Source of the DNA: Candidatus Marinacidobacterales bacterium
GTDB taxonomy: Bacteria > Acidobacteriota > Vicinamibacteria > Marinacidobacterales > DATDRI01
DNA length: 64,000 nucleotides
Direction: 5' to 3'
NCBI GenBank assembly: GCA_965226495.1
Contig: OZ245365.1
Span: 3,424,001-3,488,000, forward strand
Of this stretch, positions 1 through 10,221 are shown one piece after another. A program made the translations under genes and the position numbers. Position 1 is the first letter of the stretch. Each line of letters begins with the position of its first letter. Below the pieces are notes generated by a model, which saw nothing but the letters and a program-made list of their open reading frames with translations, did not search any database and was not told the DNA's origin.

Positions 1-222
1 ATGGGCAATGCCCGGGTGGTTCAACTGTGCCAGAACCTTCGCTTCTCGCTCGAAGCGGGCTAGGCGTTCTTCGTTTTCGGCGAAGGCTTCGGGCAGGACT
101 TTAATGGCGACTTCGCGGCCGAGCTTGGTATCCCTGGCGCGGTAGACCTCTCCCATGCCACCGGCGCCAATAGGATCGAGGATCTCGTAGAGACCTAGCT
201 TCGTGCCAGCTTCGAGTGCCAT
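1..222 (-). CDS. Ser/Thr protein kinase, N-terminal part (runs off the window)
   Basis: Manual translation from ATG at 222: MALEAGTKLGLYEILDPIGAGGMGEVYRARDTKLGREVAIKVLPE...RFEREA...LNHPGIAH. Gly-rich loop and VAIK present; starts 3 nt after the stop of the upstream kinase. Confidence 0.9.
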   Translation of the reverse strand, partial: MALEAGTKLGLYEILDPIGAGGMGEVYRARDTKLGREVAIKVLPEAFAENEERLARFEREAKVLAQLNHPGIAH

Positions 223-225
223 CGG

Positions 226-2922
226 TTAGTTAGTGGGAACGAGCTCTTTGAGTTCTTCGAACCAGTTGAGAACGATGCGGAGCTCACGCGGTGGTGTCCC
301 GCCGCCGCGAGTGACCATCACGAACCGTTCTCCGTCCGGGGTTACGTCGTAGTTCGCAAACGCATTGGTTGGTTCGAAAGCGAACGGGCCTTCGAAGAGC
401 AGTTGCGGGGCTGCCGCCCGGAGCTCGGAGTCACTCGTGTCCACGGGGACGACCATCATGGCGTCGCCCCTTCGAAAAAAGATCTCTTGACCATCTTTGG
501 ACCACCGAGGCTCGACGCCACCTCCAGACGAGATCTTCGAGCGACCGCCACCCTCCGGAAAGGACTGGGCGTATATCTCGAACTGTCCGGACTCGTCAGA
601 AATGTAGACGAGCCATCGCCCATCGGGTGAGGTAACCGGTGATTTCTCGTAAAACGACGTCTCGAGTAGCGGAAACGCTCCCTCGGGATTGGCGAGGGGA
701 AGAACCCAGACATCCTCGCCGTTGGGGCCCGCGGTTGTAAACAGTATCGAACGTCCGTCTGAAGACCACGACCTCGGTGAGTAGGCTCCATCCAAAAGGA
801 GCTTGGGTTCATCCTGGCCGTCCGCCCTTCGTGTGTAAATCCCGCGTCGTCGGTCTGTAAAGTCTGCAAAGGCCACACGGGTGCCGTCAGGGGACCAGAC
901 CGGGGTTACTTCGCTCCCATTCAGCGTCAATCGAGTTCTGGTGTTTCGTGCCAGGTCGTAGATCCAGACATTCGAAGCCACTTCTTCGAAAATGCTTACG
1001 GCCAGGTGGTCGCCATCCGGCGAAAGGCTCGGATGGGTGTGGGGGGCTTCGACGTCGTTGAGTGGCTCGGTCCTCCCCTCGCGGTCCACCCAAACGAGCT
1101 GATCGGCACCAACTCGGGAGGCCGCGCTCGGAGCGTAGATGAGGGTGCCGTTCCCGGATACGTCGAGGTGGCTGAAGGTACTGCCACGCACCGTTGCGGC
1201 AAAAAAGTCGTTTAGAACCGGGACGGGTGAGCCCGAGGGTTTCCGCTCCTCGAGACCGAAGGGCACCGCCCAGAGACTGTCATTCTGGTTGTAGAGCAAG
1301 TGGCCGGTGGGGAGGTACCGGGGCTCCGTTGCCGAGCCCAGTTCGTCGAGCGCGTGCCACTCACCCGTATCCACCGAAGCCGCGCCGATGCGAAGCCCCT
1401 CGGTGGTTATGACGCTGAAGAGCACCGTCTTACCGTCTGGAAGAATCACTGGGGAAGAATGCCCTGTCACGGCTCGGAGGCCCGCCTGGATTGGACCGCC
1501 CTCGACGCGGGTGATCCGCGTTGGCGTTCCCCCTCTCGACGAAGTCCGATACAGTCCGTCGTAGCCACCGAAGACAATCGTGTCATCGGCTCCCCAGCTC
1601 GCGCCTCCCCCGGCCCGGGGATTGGAGCCGATCTCGGCGACCGTCGTAGGACTTCCACCGGCTACCGAAGCCTTTCTTAGGGCGCCCTTGGCGAAAAACC
1701 CCAGCCACTGACTGTCATGCGAGAAGAAAGGTGAAAAGGCACCGTCACTATCCGGAACGGCCACGGCCTCGAACTCCTCTAGGCCACGAAGGTAGAGGCG
1801 ACTCTCCATACCGTCTCGGGCCGCGTAGGCGATGTGGCTTCCGTCTGGAGAGATAGCGACCGATGAAAAGCGTGCGGTCTCTAGCTCCTGACCTTCTGGA
1901 AGAGGATGGACGAACCGCGTTGCCCGCGGCGATTCGGACGAGACGGACGGTCGAAGAAACGACATGGTCACCGCGCCGAGAAGAGCGCACGCCAACGCCA
2001 AGCCGACAAACGCCAGATGCGAGTTTCGGCTGCTCTTTCCAGGTGATGCGCTAACTTCGAACCGATTCTCCCCAGACCATCGCAGCGGGCTCACCATGTC
2101 GCCTATCGACTGCCAGCGTTGCAGCGGGTCCTTTTCCAGGCATTTCCGGACGACACGCTCCATCAGGCGTGGCGTCATCGGCTGAAGGTCGGTAAGAGGC
2201 GCCGGGTCGTCCTTCAAGATCGCTCCAATCAGACTCGCCTGGCTCTTGCCTTCGAACGCTCTTTTCCCCGTCAGCATCTCGTACAGGACGGCGCCGAAGG
2301 CAAAGATGTCCGTTCGGGCATCGGCTTCCTTGCCTTCCAGTTGCTCGGGGGCCATGTACTGGAATGTGCCGAGAAGCGAACCTTCTTTCGTTAGCGGCTG
2401 CGCTTCAGTGGGCAATGCCGATAGACCACCGGCATTCGTTTCGGCCGACGACATCTTCGCAAGCCCGAAGTCCAGGAGCTTCGCGCCGGACTTCGTGAGC
2501 ATGATGTTCCCGGGTTTCAGATCCCGATGTACGACGCCTTGGCGATGCGCTTTATCCAAAGCGTCGGCGATCTCGATGCCGTGCTGCAATGCCTGGTCGA
2601 GGGGAAGTGCACCTTTTTTCAAACGATCGGCGAGCGTGTCTCCTTCGATATGCTCCATGACCATGAAGTCGATGCCATTCTCGCTACCGATGTCGTGAAG
2701 CGTGCAGATGTGTGGATGGTTCAGGCTCGAGACGGCGCGGGCCTCTCGCTCGAACCTCTGGCGGACTTCGGGATGGCTGGCTACGTGAGACGGAAGGACC
2801 TTGATGGCAACGGTGCGGTCGAGCCGCGTGTCCTTGGCTTTGTAAACCTCACCCATGCCACCTGCACCCAGAGGTGCCAGGATTTCATAGGGACCCAGCT
2901 TTGCGCCGGGAGTTAATGACAT
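226..2922 (-). CDS. Hanks-type Ser/Thr kinase with a hydrophobic segment and C-terminal TolB/PD40-like beta-propeller
   Basis: GAGGMG, VAIK, HRDLKPGN, DFG and YMAPE motifs; hydrophobic stretch HLAFVGLALACALLGAV; repeated (W/F)SPDG propeller motifs. Confidence 0.93.
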   Translation of the reverse strand: MSLTPGAKLGPYEILAPLGAGGMGEVYKAKDTRLDRTVAIKVLPSHVASHPEVRQRFEREARAVSSLNHPHICTLHDIGSENGIDFMVMEHIEGDTLADRLKKGALPLDQALQHGIEIADALDKAHRQGVVHRDLKPGNIMLTKSGAKLLDFGLAKMSSAETNAGGLSALPTEAQPLTKEGSLLGTFQYMAPEQLEGKEADARTDIFAFGAVLYEMLTGKRAFEGKSQASLIGAILKDDPAPLTDLQPMTPRLMERVVRKCLEKDPLQRWQSIGDMVSPLRWSGENRFEVSASPGKSSRNSHLAFVGLALACALLGAVTMSFLRPSVSSESPRATRFVHPLPEGQELETARFSSVAISPDGSHIAYAARDGMESRLYLRGLEEFEAVAVPDSDGAFSPFFSHDSQWLGFFAKGALRKASVAGGSPTTVAEIGSNPRAGGGASWGADDTIVFGGYDGLYRTSSRGGTPTRITRVEGGPIQAGLRAVTGHSSPVILPDGKTVLFSVITTEGLRIGAASVDTGEWHALDELGSATEPRYLPTGHLLYNQNDSLWAVPFGLEERKPSGSPVPVLNDFFAATVRGSTFSHLDVSGNGTLIYAPSAASRVGADQLVWVDREGRTEPLNDVEAPHTHPSLSPDGDHLAVSIFEEVASNVWIYDLARNTRTRLTLNGSEVTPVWSPDGTRVAFADFTDRRRGIYTRRADGQDEPKLLLDGAYSPRSWSSDGRSILFTTAGPNGEDVWVLPLANPEGAFPLLETSFYEKSPVTSPDGRWLVYISDESGQFEIYAQSFPEGGGRSKISSGGGVEPRWSKDGQEIFFRRGDAMMVVPVDTSDSELRAAAPQLLFEGPFAFEPTNAFANYDVTPDGERFVMVTRGGGTPPRELRIVLNWFEELKELVPTN

Positions 2923-4009
2923 CGCTAGCCCTTTGAGCGTGAAAATAGCCCTGCACAGGCTGAAAAGTCAATGAGTAGACAGGCCCCGGCTCGCGGGTGA
3001 GACTGCCCGAGCCTCGGAATCGTTCCATCACCTCTTTCCCGTAGTCGCACTCGGCGAGATACCGGTTGTGCGTGGGACACATCATCTGAATGTTATCGGG
3101 GCTGTGGTCTCCGCCGCGGGCATAGGGATCCTGGTGATGGAATTGGAGTGCCTGCCGCTCGTTGCAGCGCCTACCTTGTGCGTCTACGAAGGTGCACTGA
3201 TTTCCGTCACGCTCGCTAACTGCACGCCTCACCGGGGCCGGGATATAACGTGACGACGGTGACGGATCGGTCTCTTCGACGCTCTTCCTGGGTGCTTTCG
3301 TCTTGCCAAGGCGCTTCGCCTCGAGCCGCTTCAGCTTTTCGGTCACGGCTTCTTCTATGATCGCCGCCAGGTCGCCGTCGGGGACCGAGGAGGACATGAG
3401 GCCACGCAGACGCTCGATCTTGTCTTTCAGCTCGGCGCTCGCCGTGAATTGGACCTTGTAGCGGGCAGGCCCAAGGGGCTCCACAGGCCTAGGCGCCTGG
3501 GGCTTCGGGGCGAGAGCTCGGTCCGGACCGAGTTGCTTGGCGGGCTTTGCTTTCGCCTCCGTCGGACGCTCGGGTAGCTTTCGCATCAGGGCGGGAACAT
3601 CCGGCTTGGGGGTGATTTCGACCACCAACTCCTCGATCTCCCTTTTCGACTTGTGCGCCGCGCAACCTAGCAGCACCACTCGATTAGCCTCGGTGAGGTG
3701 CGGCGCTAGCTTCGCAATACCGCTCAGGTGAAGCCGCCCGTCGCCCAGCATCGTCAGCAATACAGGATGCTTCCCCGACGCCCGCGCTACCGCTATGCGC
3801 AGATAGGCTTCGTGTTCGGACATATGTAGAACGTCGGTGCAATAGGTAAACATCGAGGAAAAAGCTGCACGTGCGTAGAGGCGCCGCTCGTCTACCTCGG
3901 CATTGTGTGCGACCAACTCGGACTCGACGCGTCGTGACTCTTGCACCAGCCCCGACAAGCGGCGAAGTAGCTCATCATCAGAAATTGATTTCAATAACTT
4001 GCTAGACAT
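2885..4009 (-). CDS. HNH endonuclease with DUF222-like N-terminal region (copy 1)
   Basis: RDGNQC..GRRC..LQFHH..PYARGG..N..MCPTHN HNH/Zn signature. Likely start MSSKLL at 4009 behind RBS GAAGGGG. Confidence 0.85.
   Translation of the reverse strand: MSSKLLKSISDDELLRRLSGLVQESRRVESELVAHNAEVDERRLYARAAFSSMFTYCTDVLHMSEHEAYLRIAVARASGKHPVLLTMLGDGRLHLSGIAKLAPHLTEANRVVLLGCAAHKSKREIEELVVEITPKPDVPALMRKLPERPTEAKAKPAKQLGPDRALAPKPQAPRPVEPLGPARYKVQFTASAELKDKIERLRGLMSSSVPDGDLAAIIEEAVTEKLKRLEAKRLGKTKAPRKSVEETDPSPSSRYIPAPVRRAVSERDGNQCTFVDAQGRRCNERQALQFHHQDPYARGGDHSPDNIQMMCPTHNRYLAECDYGKEVMERFRGSGSLTREPGPVYSLTFQPVQGYFHAQRASDVINSRRKAGSL
2942..2971 (-). promoter_or_regulatory. Possible sigma-70 promoter of the kinase gene
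   Basis: Minus strand TTGACT-N18-TATTTT, about 20 nt upstream of the ATG at 2922. Confidence 0.4.
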
Positions 4010-4238
4010 TGTGTTCGTCCCCTTCAAGACTAATATAACAACGCACTTTTTTTGGTCTTGAGACGACGCGAGTCGGGAGGAACGTGCTTCGATGAAGTTT
4101 TTGTTTCGAAGCTTGCAGGCGTTGACTAGAGCGTCAGCGTAGGCTTGAGAGATGGCACTGCGAAGGAATTACCAAGTGTAACGAGACTTGTTGTGGAATC
4201 TTGTCAAGGTAGAAATTCAATTTTATTTTTTGGCAAGA
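2973..4238 (-). mobile_element. HNH-endonuclease repeat element copy 1 (ORF plus conserved non-coding leader)
   Basis: Homologous along its length to 21494-22745, including ~230 bp of non-coding DNA; flanks unrelated. Confidence 0.65.
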
Positions 4239-4549
4239 GCAAGCGACTCTGGGTACTGTCTTATAAAGAACGCCCCAAATTTTCATAAGGACCTTCTTTC
4301 CGGATTCTCTTCAGTTGGAAGGGAGAGCTTCCTAGCAACAATTTTACCAGGAAAGGAACGGGTCTTGTCATATCGAAGGCCGGTCTTGGCGAGGAGGAAA
4401 GTGCAGGGACTAGGCGGCTGCTGGTACGTCTGGGCCGATTGAAATCGAATAGGAGGACGTTTGACTAGGGGGCAAGCCTATCGTCCTGAGGCAGCTGGTT
4501 GTCGGGATTCTCCGCGAAGATTCATGCAGTCTGCTTTGTTGTAACTGTC

Positions 4550-4625
4550 TGGTGCCGAGGGACGGAATCGAACCGCCGACGCAAGGATTTTCAGTCCTTC
4601 GCTCTACCGACTGAGCTACCTCGGC
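4550..4625 (-). tRNA. tRNA-Phe(GAA)
   Basis: GCCGAGGTAGCTCAGTCGGTAGAGCG-AAGGA-CTGAAAA-TCCTT-GCGTCGGCGGTTCGATTCCGTCCCTCGGCA-CCA; 76 nt cloverleaf, GAA anticodon, encoded CCA. Confidence 0.98.
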
Positions 4626-4641
4626 ACGCGGGAAGCGTCAC

Positions 4642-4669
4642 ATTTTAGCGGAGGGGGTCAAAAAGTCAA
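4642..4669 (-). promoter_or_regulatory. sigma-70 promoter of tRNA-Phe
   Basis: TTGACT-N16-TAAAAT just upstream of the tRNA 5' end. Confidence 0.6.
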
Positions 4670-4714
4670 GGCGAACGCACGCCCCGGTCAGTATCCTGCC
4701 TCGTCCGGACGAGA

Positions 4715-5818
4715 TCAGTGAGCGGTGGGCTGTCGTGCCGGTTCCTTCGCCTTTTCGCCCGATTTACCCTTGCCGTCGCTCGCATCATTCTCGGCGGGCT
4801 CGGCGGGCTTCGCCGGCTCCGCGCCAGGAATCAGCCCTAGCTCTTCGCGGAGCTTGGTCTCAATCTTGGCGGTGACATCCGTGTTCTGAATAAGGAACTG
4901 ACGGACGTTTTCTCTCCCCTGCCCGATGCGCTCGCTTTTGTAGGAATACCACGCACCGCTCTTGTCGACGATGTTCCGGGCGACGGCGAGGTCGAGGAGA
5001 TCTCCTTCTCTGGAAATTCCTTTACCGTACAGGATGTCGAACTCCGCGTTTTGGAACGGAGCTGCCACCTTGTTCTTGACGACTTTGACCCGTGTGCGAT
5101 TACCAACGATCGCGTCCCCATCTTTGAGAGCAGAGATGCGACGGATATCGAGTCGCACGGAAGAGTAGAACTTTAGAGCCCGGCCGCCGGTGGTCGTCTC
5201 CGGATTTCCGAACATGACACCGATCTTCTCGCGGATCTGATTGATGAAGATGAGACACGTGTGAGACTTCGAAACGATAGCGGTGAGCTTGCGCATGGCT
5301 TGCGACATCAAACGCGCCTGGAGGCCCATTTGAGCATCACCCATTTCTCCGTCGAGCTCGGCGCGCGGCACCAAGGCAGCGACCGAGTCGATCACCAAAA
5401 CATCCACCGCGCCGCTGCGGATGAGGACTTCGGTGATCTCCAAAGCTTGTTCGCCGCTGTCGGGCTGACTGACCAACAGATTGTCCGTGTCGACGCCGAG
5501 AGCCTTGGCGTAGGCGGCGTCCAAGGCGTGCTCGGCATCGACGAAGGCCGCCATACCACCCGCCTTCTGAGCGTTCGCGATGGCGTGCAGGGCGAGCGTG
5601 GTCTTACCCGAGGCCTCCGGTCCAAAAATCTCGATCACCCTACCCCTCGGTAGACCGCCGACTCCTAGCGCGTTATCGAGCGAGATCGAGCCTGTCGAAA
5701 TGGCAGGGATGTCCAACACCTCACGCGATCCGAGGCGTATGATCGCCCCCTTGCCGAACTGCTTTTCGATCTGGCTGACCGCTATGTCGATGGCCTTCTC
5801 CCGTCCGTTCTCAGCCAT
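4715..5818 (-). CDS. recA: Recombinase RecA
   Basis: GPEASGKTT Walker [39 protein letters not shown]. Confidence 0.99.
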   Translation of the reverse strand: MAENGREKAIDIAVSQIEKQFGKGAIIRLGSREVLDIPAISTGSISLDNALGVGGLPRGRVIEIFGPEASGKTTLALHAIANAQKAGGMAAFVDAEHALDAAYAKALGVDTDNLLVSQPDSGEQALEITEVLIRSGAVDVLVIDSVAALVPRAELDGEMGDAQMGLQARLMSQAMRKLTAIVSKSHTCLIFINQIREKIGVMFGNPETTTGGRALKFYSSVRLDIRRISALKDGDAIVGNRTRVKVVKNKVAAPFQNAEFDILYGKGISREGDLLDLAVARNIVDKSGAWYSYKSERIGQGRENVRQFLIQNTDVTAKIETKLREELGLIPGAEPAKPAEPAENDASDGKGKSGEKAKEPARQPTAH

Positions 5819-6071
5819 GGGGCTCCTTTCAGGAAGCTATCCTAGTAGCTCCTGTTAATCAATTCCGGCCAAATCCACTAATCACCTGGCCGTGGGTCTC
5901 CGATTTGAGGCTCGCGCCAGTCTAGGGCTCTGGCCTCTTCATAGTCAAGACGAAATCCGGGATGAAAAGACTCCCTCGGAAAGGCCACAATACCACATCT
6001 CGGGCCGCATGTTCAATTCACTACCCGATATGGGGGTTCACCAACTGCCACCCACTTGGTACCCTGGAAAC

Positions 6072-6599
6072 GTGCCTACTCCAGTTGGTCATTCCTTAGG
6101 TGGGCTGGCAGTTTACCTGGCGGCGAGGTGGCCTCAGAAGGACTGGTTCCTCCTCGGCGCGGTCGTGGTCGCAGCGCTATTCCCCGATCTCGATTTCGCC
6201 ATCCAGCCCTTCACCGGCCGAAGCTACCACCGTTACTTCTCTCACAGCCTGGGTTTCGCGGTGCTCTTTTCCGTAGCCGCTTACTTGCTCATGAAGACGG
6301 TCGGTAGGAAGTCGCCAGGACGCGACGCCGTGCTCATGGGAGTGGGATACGTTTCCCACATCGCCCTCGACCTTTTCTCGAACGACAGTCATCCGCCGTT
6401 CGGCGTCCAGCTCTTTTGGCCCCTTTCGGATGGGTTCGTCATTTCGCCGGTCCAAATTTTCCATGAGGTCTGGAGAGGGAACCTGGCCATTCTCTTCGGC
6501 CCGCACAATTGGATAACGGCGGGAATAGAATTCCTGGTCGTGCTCCCGCTAGCAGTTTTCTTGGGGTGGCTTCGCGGACGTCGACCTCAATCCGAGTAG
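6072..6599 (+). CDS. Metal-dependent hydrolase (YdjM/DUF457-like membrane protein)
   Basis: Likely GTG start [11 protein letters not shown]; motifs [22 protein letters not shown]. Confidence 0.85.
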   Translation: MPTPVGHSLGGLAVYLAARWPQKDWFLLGAVVVAALFPDLDFAIQPFTGRSYHRYFSHSLGFAVLFSVAAYLLMKTVGRKSPGRDAVLMGVGYVSHIALDLFSNDSHPPFGVQLFWPLSDGFVISPVQIFHEVWRGNLAILFGPHNWITAGIEFLVVLPLAVFLGWLRGRRPQSE

Positions 6600-7441
6600 G
6601 TGTAAAAGCCGCGACCGCTCTTTCGACCTAAGTAGCCTGCATCCACCATCTTCTTGAGAAGTGGACAGGGGCGATACTTCGGATCCCCGAAACCGTCATG
6701 TAGCACGTTCATGATGCTCAGGCAGACGTCAAGCCCGATGAAGTCGGCGAGCGTCAGGGGCCCCATCGGATGGTTCATCCCCAACTTCATGACCGTGTCG
6801 ATTGCTTCGGGCGTGCCCACACCCTCCATGAGCGCGAAGATCGCTTCATTGATTAAAGGCATCAGCACACGATTGGAAACGAAGCCGGGCGCATCGTTGA
6901 CCTCGACCGACGTCTTGCCAAGGTTTTCGGCGAGGCCGCGAGTAAGCTCGTACGTCCCGTCTGAAGTTGCGAGGCCGCGAATGATCTCGACGAGCTTCAT
7001 GACCGGCACCGGGTTCATGAAATGCATGCCGATGAAACGGTCGGCGCGAGACGTCGTCGCAGCGAGCTTGGTGATAGAGATGGAAGACGTGTTCGAAGCG
7101 AGCACCACCTCCGGGCCGACGAGCTTATCGAGCGCACGGAAGAGCTCCTGCTTCGTCTCGAGGTCCTCGATGATGGCCTCGACGACAAAATCAGCGTCCT
7201 TGAGCCCGTCCAGGTCTAACCCCGAGCTGATTCGCTTCTTGGCGCTCTCGGCGACATCAGACGAAAGCTTTCCCTTGTCCACCATTCGCTTGAGATTGCG
7301 CTCGATGTTGGCGACGCCGCGCTCGACGAACTCCGTTTTGACGTCGCGGAGGTAGACGTCGAAGCCGGATTGCGCGAAGACCTGGGCGATGCCGTTGCCC
7401 ATGGTGCCGGCGCCGATGACTCCGATTTTGCGTATGTTCAC
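6587..7441 (-). CDS. hbd: 3-hydroxybutyryl-CoA dehydrogenase
   Basis: [11 protein letters not shown] Rossmann motif, [30 protein letters not shown]. Confidence 0.95.
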   Translation of the reverse strand: MNIRKIGVIGAGTMGNGIAQVFAQSGFDVYLRDVKTEFVERGVANIERNLKRMVDKGKLSSDVAESAKKRISSGLDLDGLKDADFVVEAIIEDLETKQELFRALDKLVGPEVVLASNTSSISITKLAATTSRADRFIGMHFMNPVPVMKLVEIIRGLATSDGTYELTRGLAENLGKTSVEVNDAPGFVSNRVLMPLINEAIFALMEGVGTPEAIDTVMKLGMNHPMGPLTLADFIGLDVCLSIMNVLHDGFGDPKYRPCPLLKKMVDAGYLGRKSGRGFYTYSD

Positions 7442-7456
7442 TAGTGCTCCCTTTAC

Positions 7457-7697
7457 TTAGTGCGCGCGGGGCCCCACCCCCAAGCCCTGATGCTTCGTCG
7501 GCTTCGCGACGGCGCATCGGCTCAAGGCTGTGCTCGCGCCCAAAAGACACGGCCGCTTCCCTTGCGCGCCGCACGATGCTTCCGCAATTCCTCGCGGCCG
7601 ACGGGCCTCCGGCCCGTTAGTGCGCGCGGGGCCCCACCCCCTGCGCCCTCACCCTACCCTCTCCCAAAGGGAGAGGGTAACTGCGGCCTTCGGCCCA
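7457..7697. repeat. Composite REP-like intergenic repeat cluster
   Basis: 25-bp direct repeat TTAGTGCGCGCGGGGCCCCACCCCC at 7457 and 7617; palindrome ACCCTCTCCC-AAA-GGGAGAGGGT at 7656-7678; further short hairpins such as ACGGGCC-TCC-GGCCCGT. Confidence 0.75.
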
Positions 7698-8879
7698 TTA
7701 GACTAATTCAACTGCTAAAGCCACGCCGTTGCCGCCGCCCAGACATAAAGCGGCGACGCCACGTTTCGCGTTCCGATCCTTCAGCGCGTAAAGCAGCGTC
7801 GTGAGAACGCGCGCACCGCTCGCGCCAATGGGATGGCCGATAGCCACCGCGCCACCGTTGACGTTGACCTTTGCGGGGTCGAGCTTCAACTCCTTGGTCA
7901 CCGCGCACGCTTGGACGGCGAAGGCCTCGTTGAGCTCGATGAGATCGACGTCGTCCAACTTCCACCCGGTCTTTTCCATAAGCTTCTGGATGGCCGGCAC
8001 CGGGGTCATCATGACCCACTCGGGCTCGAGACCGGAGACGGCCTGTCCCACGATGCGTGCAATGGGTTTGAGATCCATCTGGCGTACCTCGTTCGCCGAA
8101 GCAACCAATAGAGCGGCGGCGCCGTCGTTCATGCCAGGGGCGTTGCCGGCGGTGACGGTTCCGTCGGATTTGAAAACGGGCTTCAATTTCTGAAGCGCCT
8201 CGAGGGAGCTGTCCGCGCGCACTGACTCGTCGTTTTCGAGCAAGACTGGCTTGCCCTTCCGCTGAGGAATCGATACCGGAAGGATCTCGTCCTTGAACTT
8301 CCCTGCTTGAACAGCCTGCGCCGCTTTCTGATGGCTCCCGAGAGCGTACTCGTCCATCTCCCGGCGCCCGACCTCGTACTTCTCCGAAACCAGCTCACCG
8401 GTCATGCCCATGTGGTAATCGTTATAGATCTCCCAGAGGCCATCGTGGACGGTGGCGTCGATGAGCTGTCCGTGCCCGAGCCGCAACCCCTCGCGAGCCC
8501 CTGGAGACAGATAGGGCCCGTTGGACATCGACTCCATGCCTCCGGCAACGATAATGCCGGCGTCGCCCGCGGCAATCGCCTGCCGGGCCAACATGACGGC
8601 CTTCAGACCGGAACCGCATACCTTATTAATGGTCAACGCGCCTACCGCGGCTGGAAGTCCGGCTCCGAGAGCGGCCTGCCGGGCCGGATTCTGCCCCAAC
8701 CCCGCGGAAACCACGTTGCCCATGATCACTTCATCGACCTGCTCTGGCTCGACTCCCGCCCGCGCCACCGCTTCCTTAACGACCATCGCACCGAGCTCCG
8801 TGGCCTTGAACCCTTTGAGAGCTCCGAGAAACTTGCCGCTTGGCGTACGAACGGCGCTAACGATAAATGACTCCTGCAT
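7698..8879 (-). CDS. atoB: Acetyl-CoA C-acetyltransferase (thiolase)
   Basis: Start [13 protein letters not shown] at 8879; [20 protein letters not shown] and LCLGGG motifs. Confidence 0.95.
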   Translation of the reverse strand: MQESFIVSAVRTPSGKFLGALKGFKATELGAMVVKEAVARAGVEPEQVDEVIMGNVVSAGLGQNPARQAALGAGLPAAVGALTINKVCGSGLKAVMLARQAIAAGDAGIIVAGGMESMSNGPYLSPGAREGLRLGHGQLIDATVHDGLWEIYNDYHMGMTGELVSEKYEVGRREMDEYALGSHQKAAQAVQAGKFKDEILPVSIPQRKGKPVLLENDESVRADSSLEALQKLKPVFKSDGTVTAGNAPGMNDGAAALLVASANEVRQMDLKPIARIVGQAVSGLEPEWVMMTPVPAIQKLMEKTGWKLDDVDLIELNEAFAVQACAVTKELKLDPAKVNVNGGAVAIGHPIGASGARVLTTLLYALKDRNAKRGVAALCLGGGNGVALAVELV

Positions 8880-9358
8880 CAACTCTTCTCCTTGCCAGCC
8901 CGACGTTTTTGAGCAGCCAGATAACGCGAGGCGGTTCCTATCATCGCGTCCCGAAGCCCGGTATCGCCGATACTTTCGGCCGCCTCGAGAATCGCGGACG
9001 AGGGCTCGACCGGCCCGAGGGCGGGCCGCGCCGGCTCCTCTGGCACTCTCGTCGAAAGCGGTTTGCCGTCGATCACGAAGCGAATCCGTTTGACGGCGCG
9101 GAATCCCATCGCCTTGTTCAAGCGCGGGCGAATCTCGTTCTGGAGTTTCATGATCATGCGCCCCCAAGCGACATCCTCGACCCGGACGGTTACGATCCCG
9201 TCGTGGAAGGAAGCCGGCTCCGAGCGCGCCGCCAGCTCGTCGCCTACCGCGGCGGCCCATTTAAGGCCGATCAGCTCCACCGAGAAGACACGGTCACGGC
9301 TTTGGGGCGGCAGCGCCTGCCGGATCAGCTCGGCAACCGAACGTGGACGACTCCTCAT
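8879..9358 (-). CDS. DUF721/DciA-family protein
   Basis: W..AVG..LAARSEP..F.DG.V.V.V...AW pattern. Likely start MRSRPR at 9358; its TGA overlaps the thiolase ATG (TGATG). Confidence 0.7.
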   Translation of the reverse strand: MRSRPRSVAELIRQALPPQSRDRVFSVELIGLKWAAAVGDELAARSEPASFHDGIVTVRVEDVAWGRMIMKLQNEIRPRLNKAMGFRAVKRIRFVIDGKPLSTRVPEEPARPALGPVEPSSAILEAAESIGDTGLRDAMIGTASRYLAAQKRRAGKEKS

Positions 9359-9549
9359 ACCTCTATTATAAGCCTGCCCGACGGCACCACAGTAGCTATC
9401 GCTCTCCTCCCGTTTTCCTGATATAGTGTGCGCGCCTTCCGGAGGGGGGAGCGCGGGATTGCAATCCGGAGTCTTGAAATTCTTCCCTTTCACGAACCTA
9501 TCCTTGAACACCATAACTCTCTCCTGCCCTAGGAACTCGAGGAGGACTC

Positions 9550-10221
9550 ATGGCGCCAAATAAGCCAGACAAGCCAGATAAGGCAGATAAGAAAGAACCC
9601 CGTCCCACAAGCGGCGTGTCTCGCCGCGACTTCCTGAGGGGCAGCGCCGCAGGAGCAGTCAGTACCGGACTTCTTTCAGGCGGTCTGGTGGGAGCCGCGA
9701 CGCAAACGGAGACCGCCGAGCAAGCTGTCGGTATCGCCGGTCCCGGCCCCATCCCGATGGCCTTCCGCATCAATGGAGACCGACACACCGTCAACTTGGA
9801 GCCACGCGTTACGCTCCTCGACGCGCTCCGGAACTACATGGACCTGACCGGAGCAAAGAAGGTCTGCGACCGTGCAACCTGCGGAGCCTGTACGGTTCTC
9901 CTGGATGGAAAACCCGTGTACGCCTGTTCGGTCCTGGCCATCGAAGCCCAGGGCAAAGAGATTCTAACCATCGAGGGACTGGGTACACCGGATCGCATGC
10001 ACCCGCTCCAGTCCGCCTTCGTCGAAAACGACGCGCAGCAATGCGGCTTCTGCACTCCGGGCTTCGTCTTGGCGTGCAAAGCCTTCTTGGACAAGAACAG
10101 CGACCCCACCATGGAGCAGATAGAAAAAGGCCTGGGAGGCAACTTGTGTCGCTGCGGGACCTACATGGGAATCCGCCAAGCCGTCCTGGATGTTGCAGGA
10201 AAAGGAGCGACCAATGGCTGA
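9550..10221 (+). CDS. Xanthine-dehydrogenase-family 2Fe-2S subunit with Tat signal (PaoA/YagT-like)
   Basis: SRRDFL twin-arginine motif; CDRATCGAC, QCGFCTPG and GNLCRC. Confidence 0.93.
   Translation: MAPNKPDKPDKADKKEPRPTSGVSRRDFLRGSAAGAVSTGLLSGGLVGAATQTETAEQAVGIAGPGPIPMAFRINGDRHTVNLEPRVTLLDALRNYMDLTGAKKVCDRATCGACTVLLDGKPVYACSVLAIEAQGKEILTIEGLGTPDRMHPLQSAFVENDAQQCGFCTPGFVLACKAFLDKNSDPTMEQIEKGLGGNLCRCGTYMGIRQAVLDVAGKGATNG

Noticed and set aside
4391-4412. GAGGAAAGT resembling the RNase P RNA 5' motif
   Set aside because: The following TCC(G/A)GG and the conserved 3' motif are absent.
4188-4442. 84-aa plus-strand ORF (and 22696-22992, which starts similarly)
   Set aside because: The shared start only reflects the element end; the ORFs diverge at once and have no RBS or motifs.
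5819-6071. LexA box between recA and the YdjM-like gene
   Set aside because: No CTGT-N8-ACAG, GAAC-N4-GTTC or GTTC-N7-GTTC match was found by eye.
7698-9260. 520-aa extended thiolase
   Set aside because: The extension overlaps the DUF721 gene; homology starts at ATG 8879.
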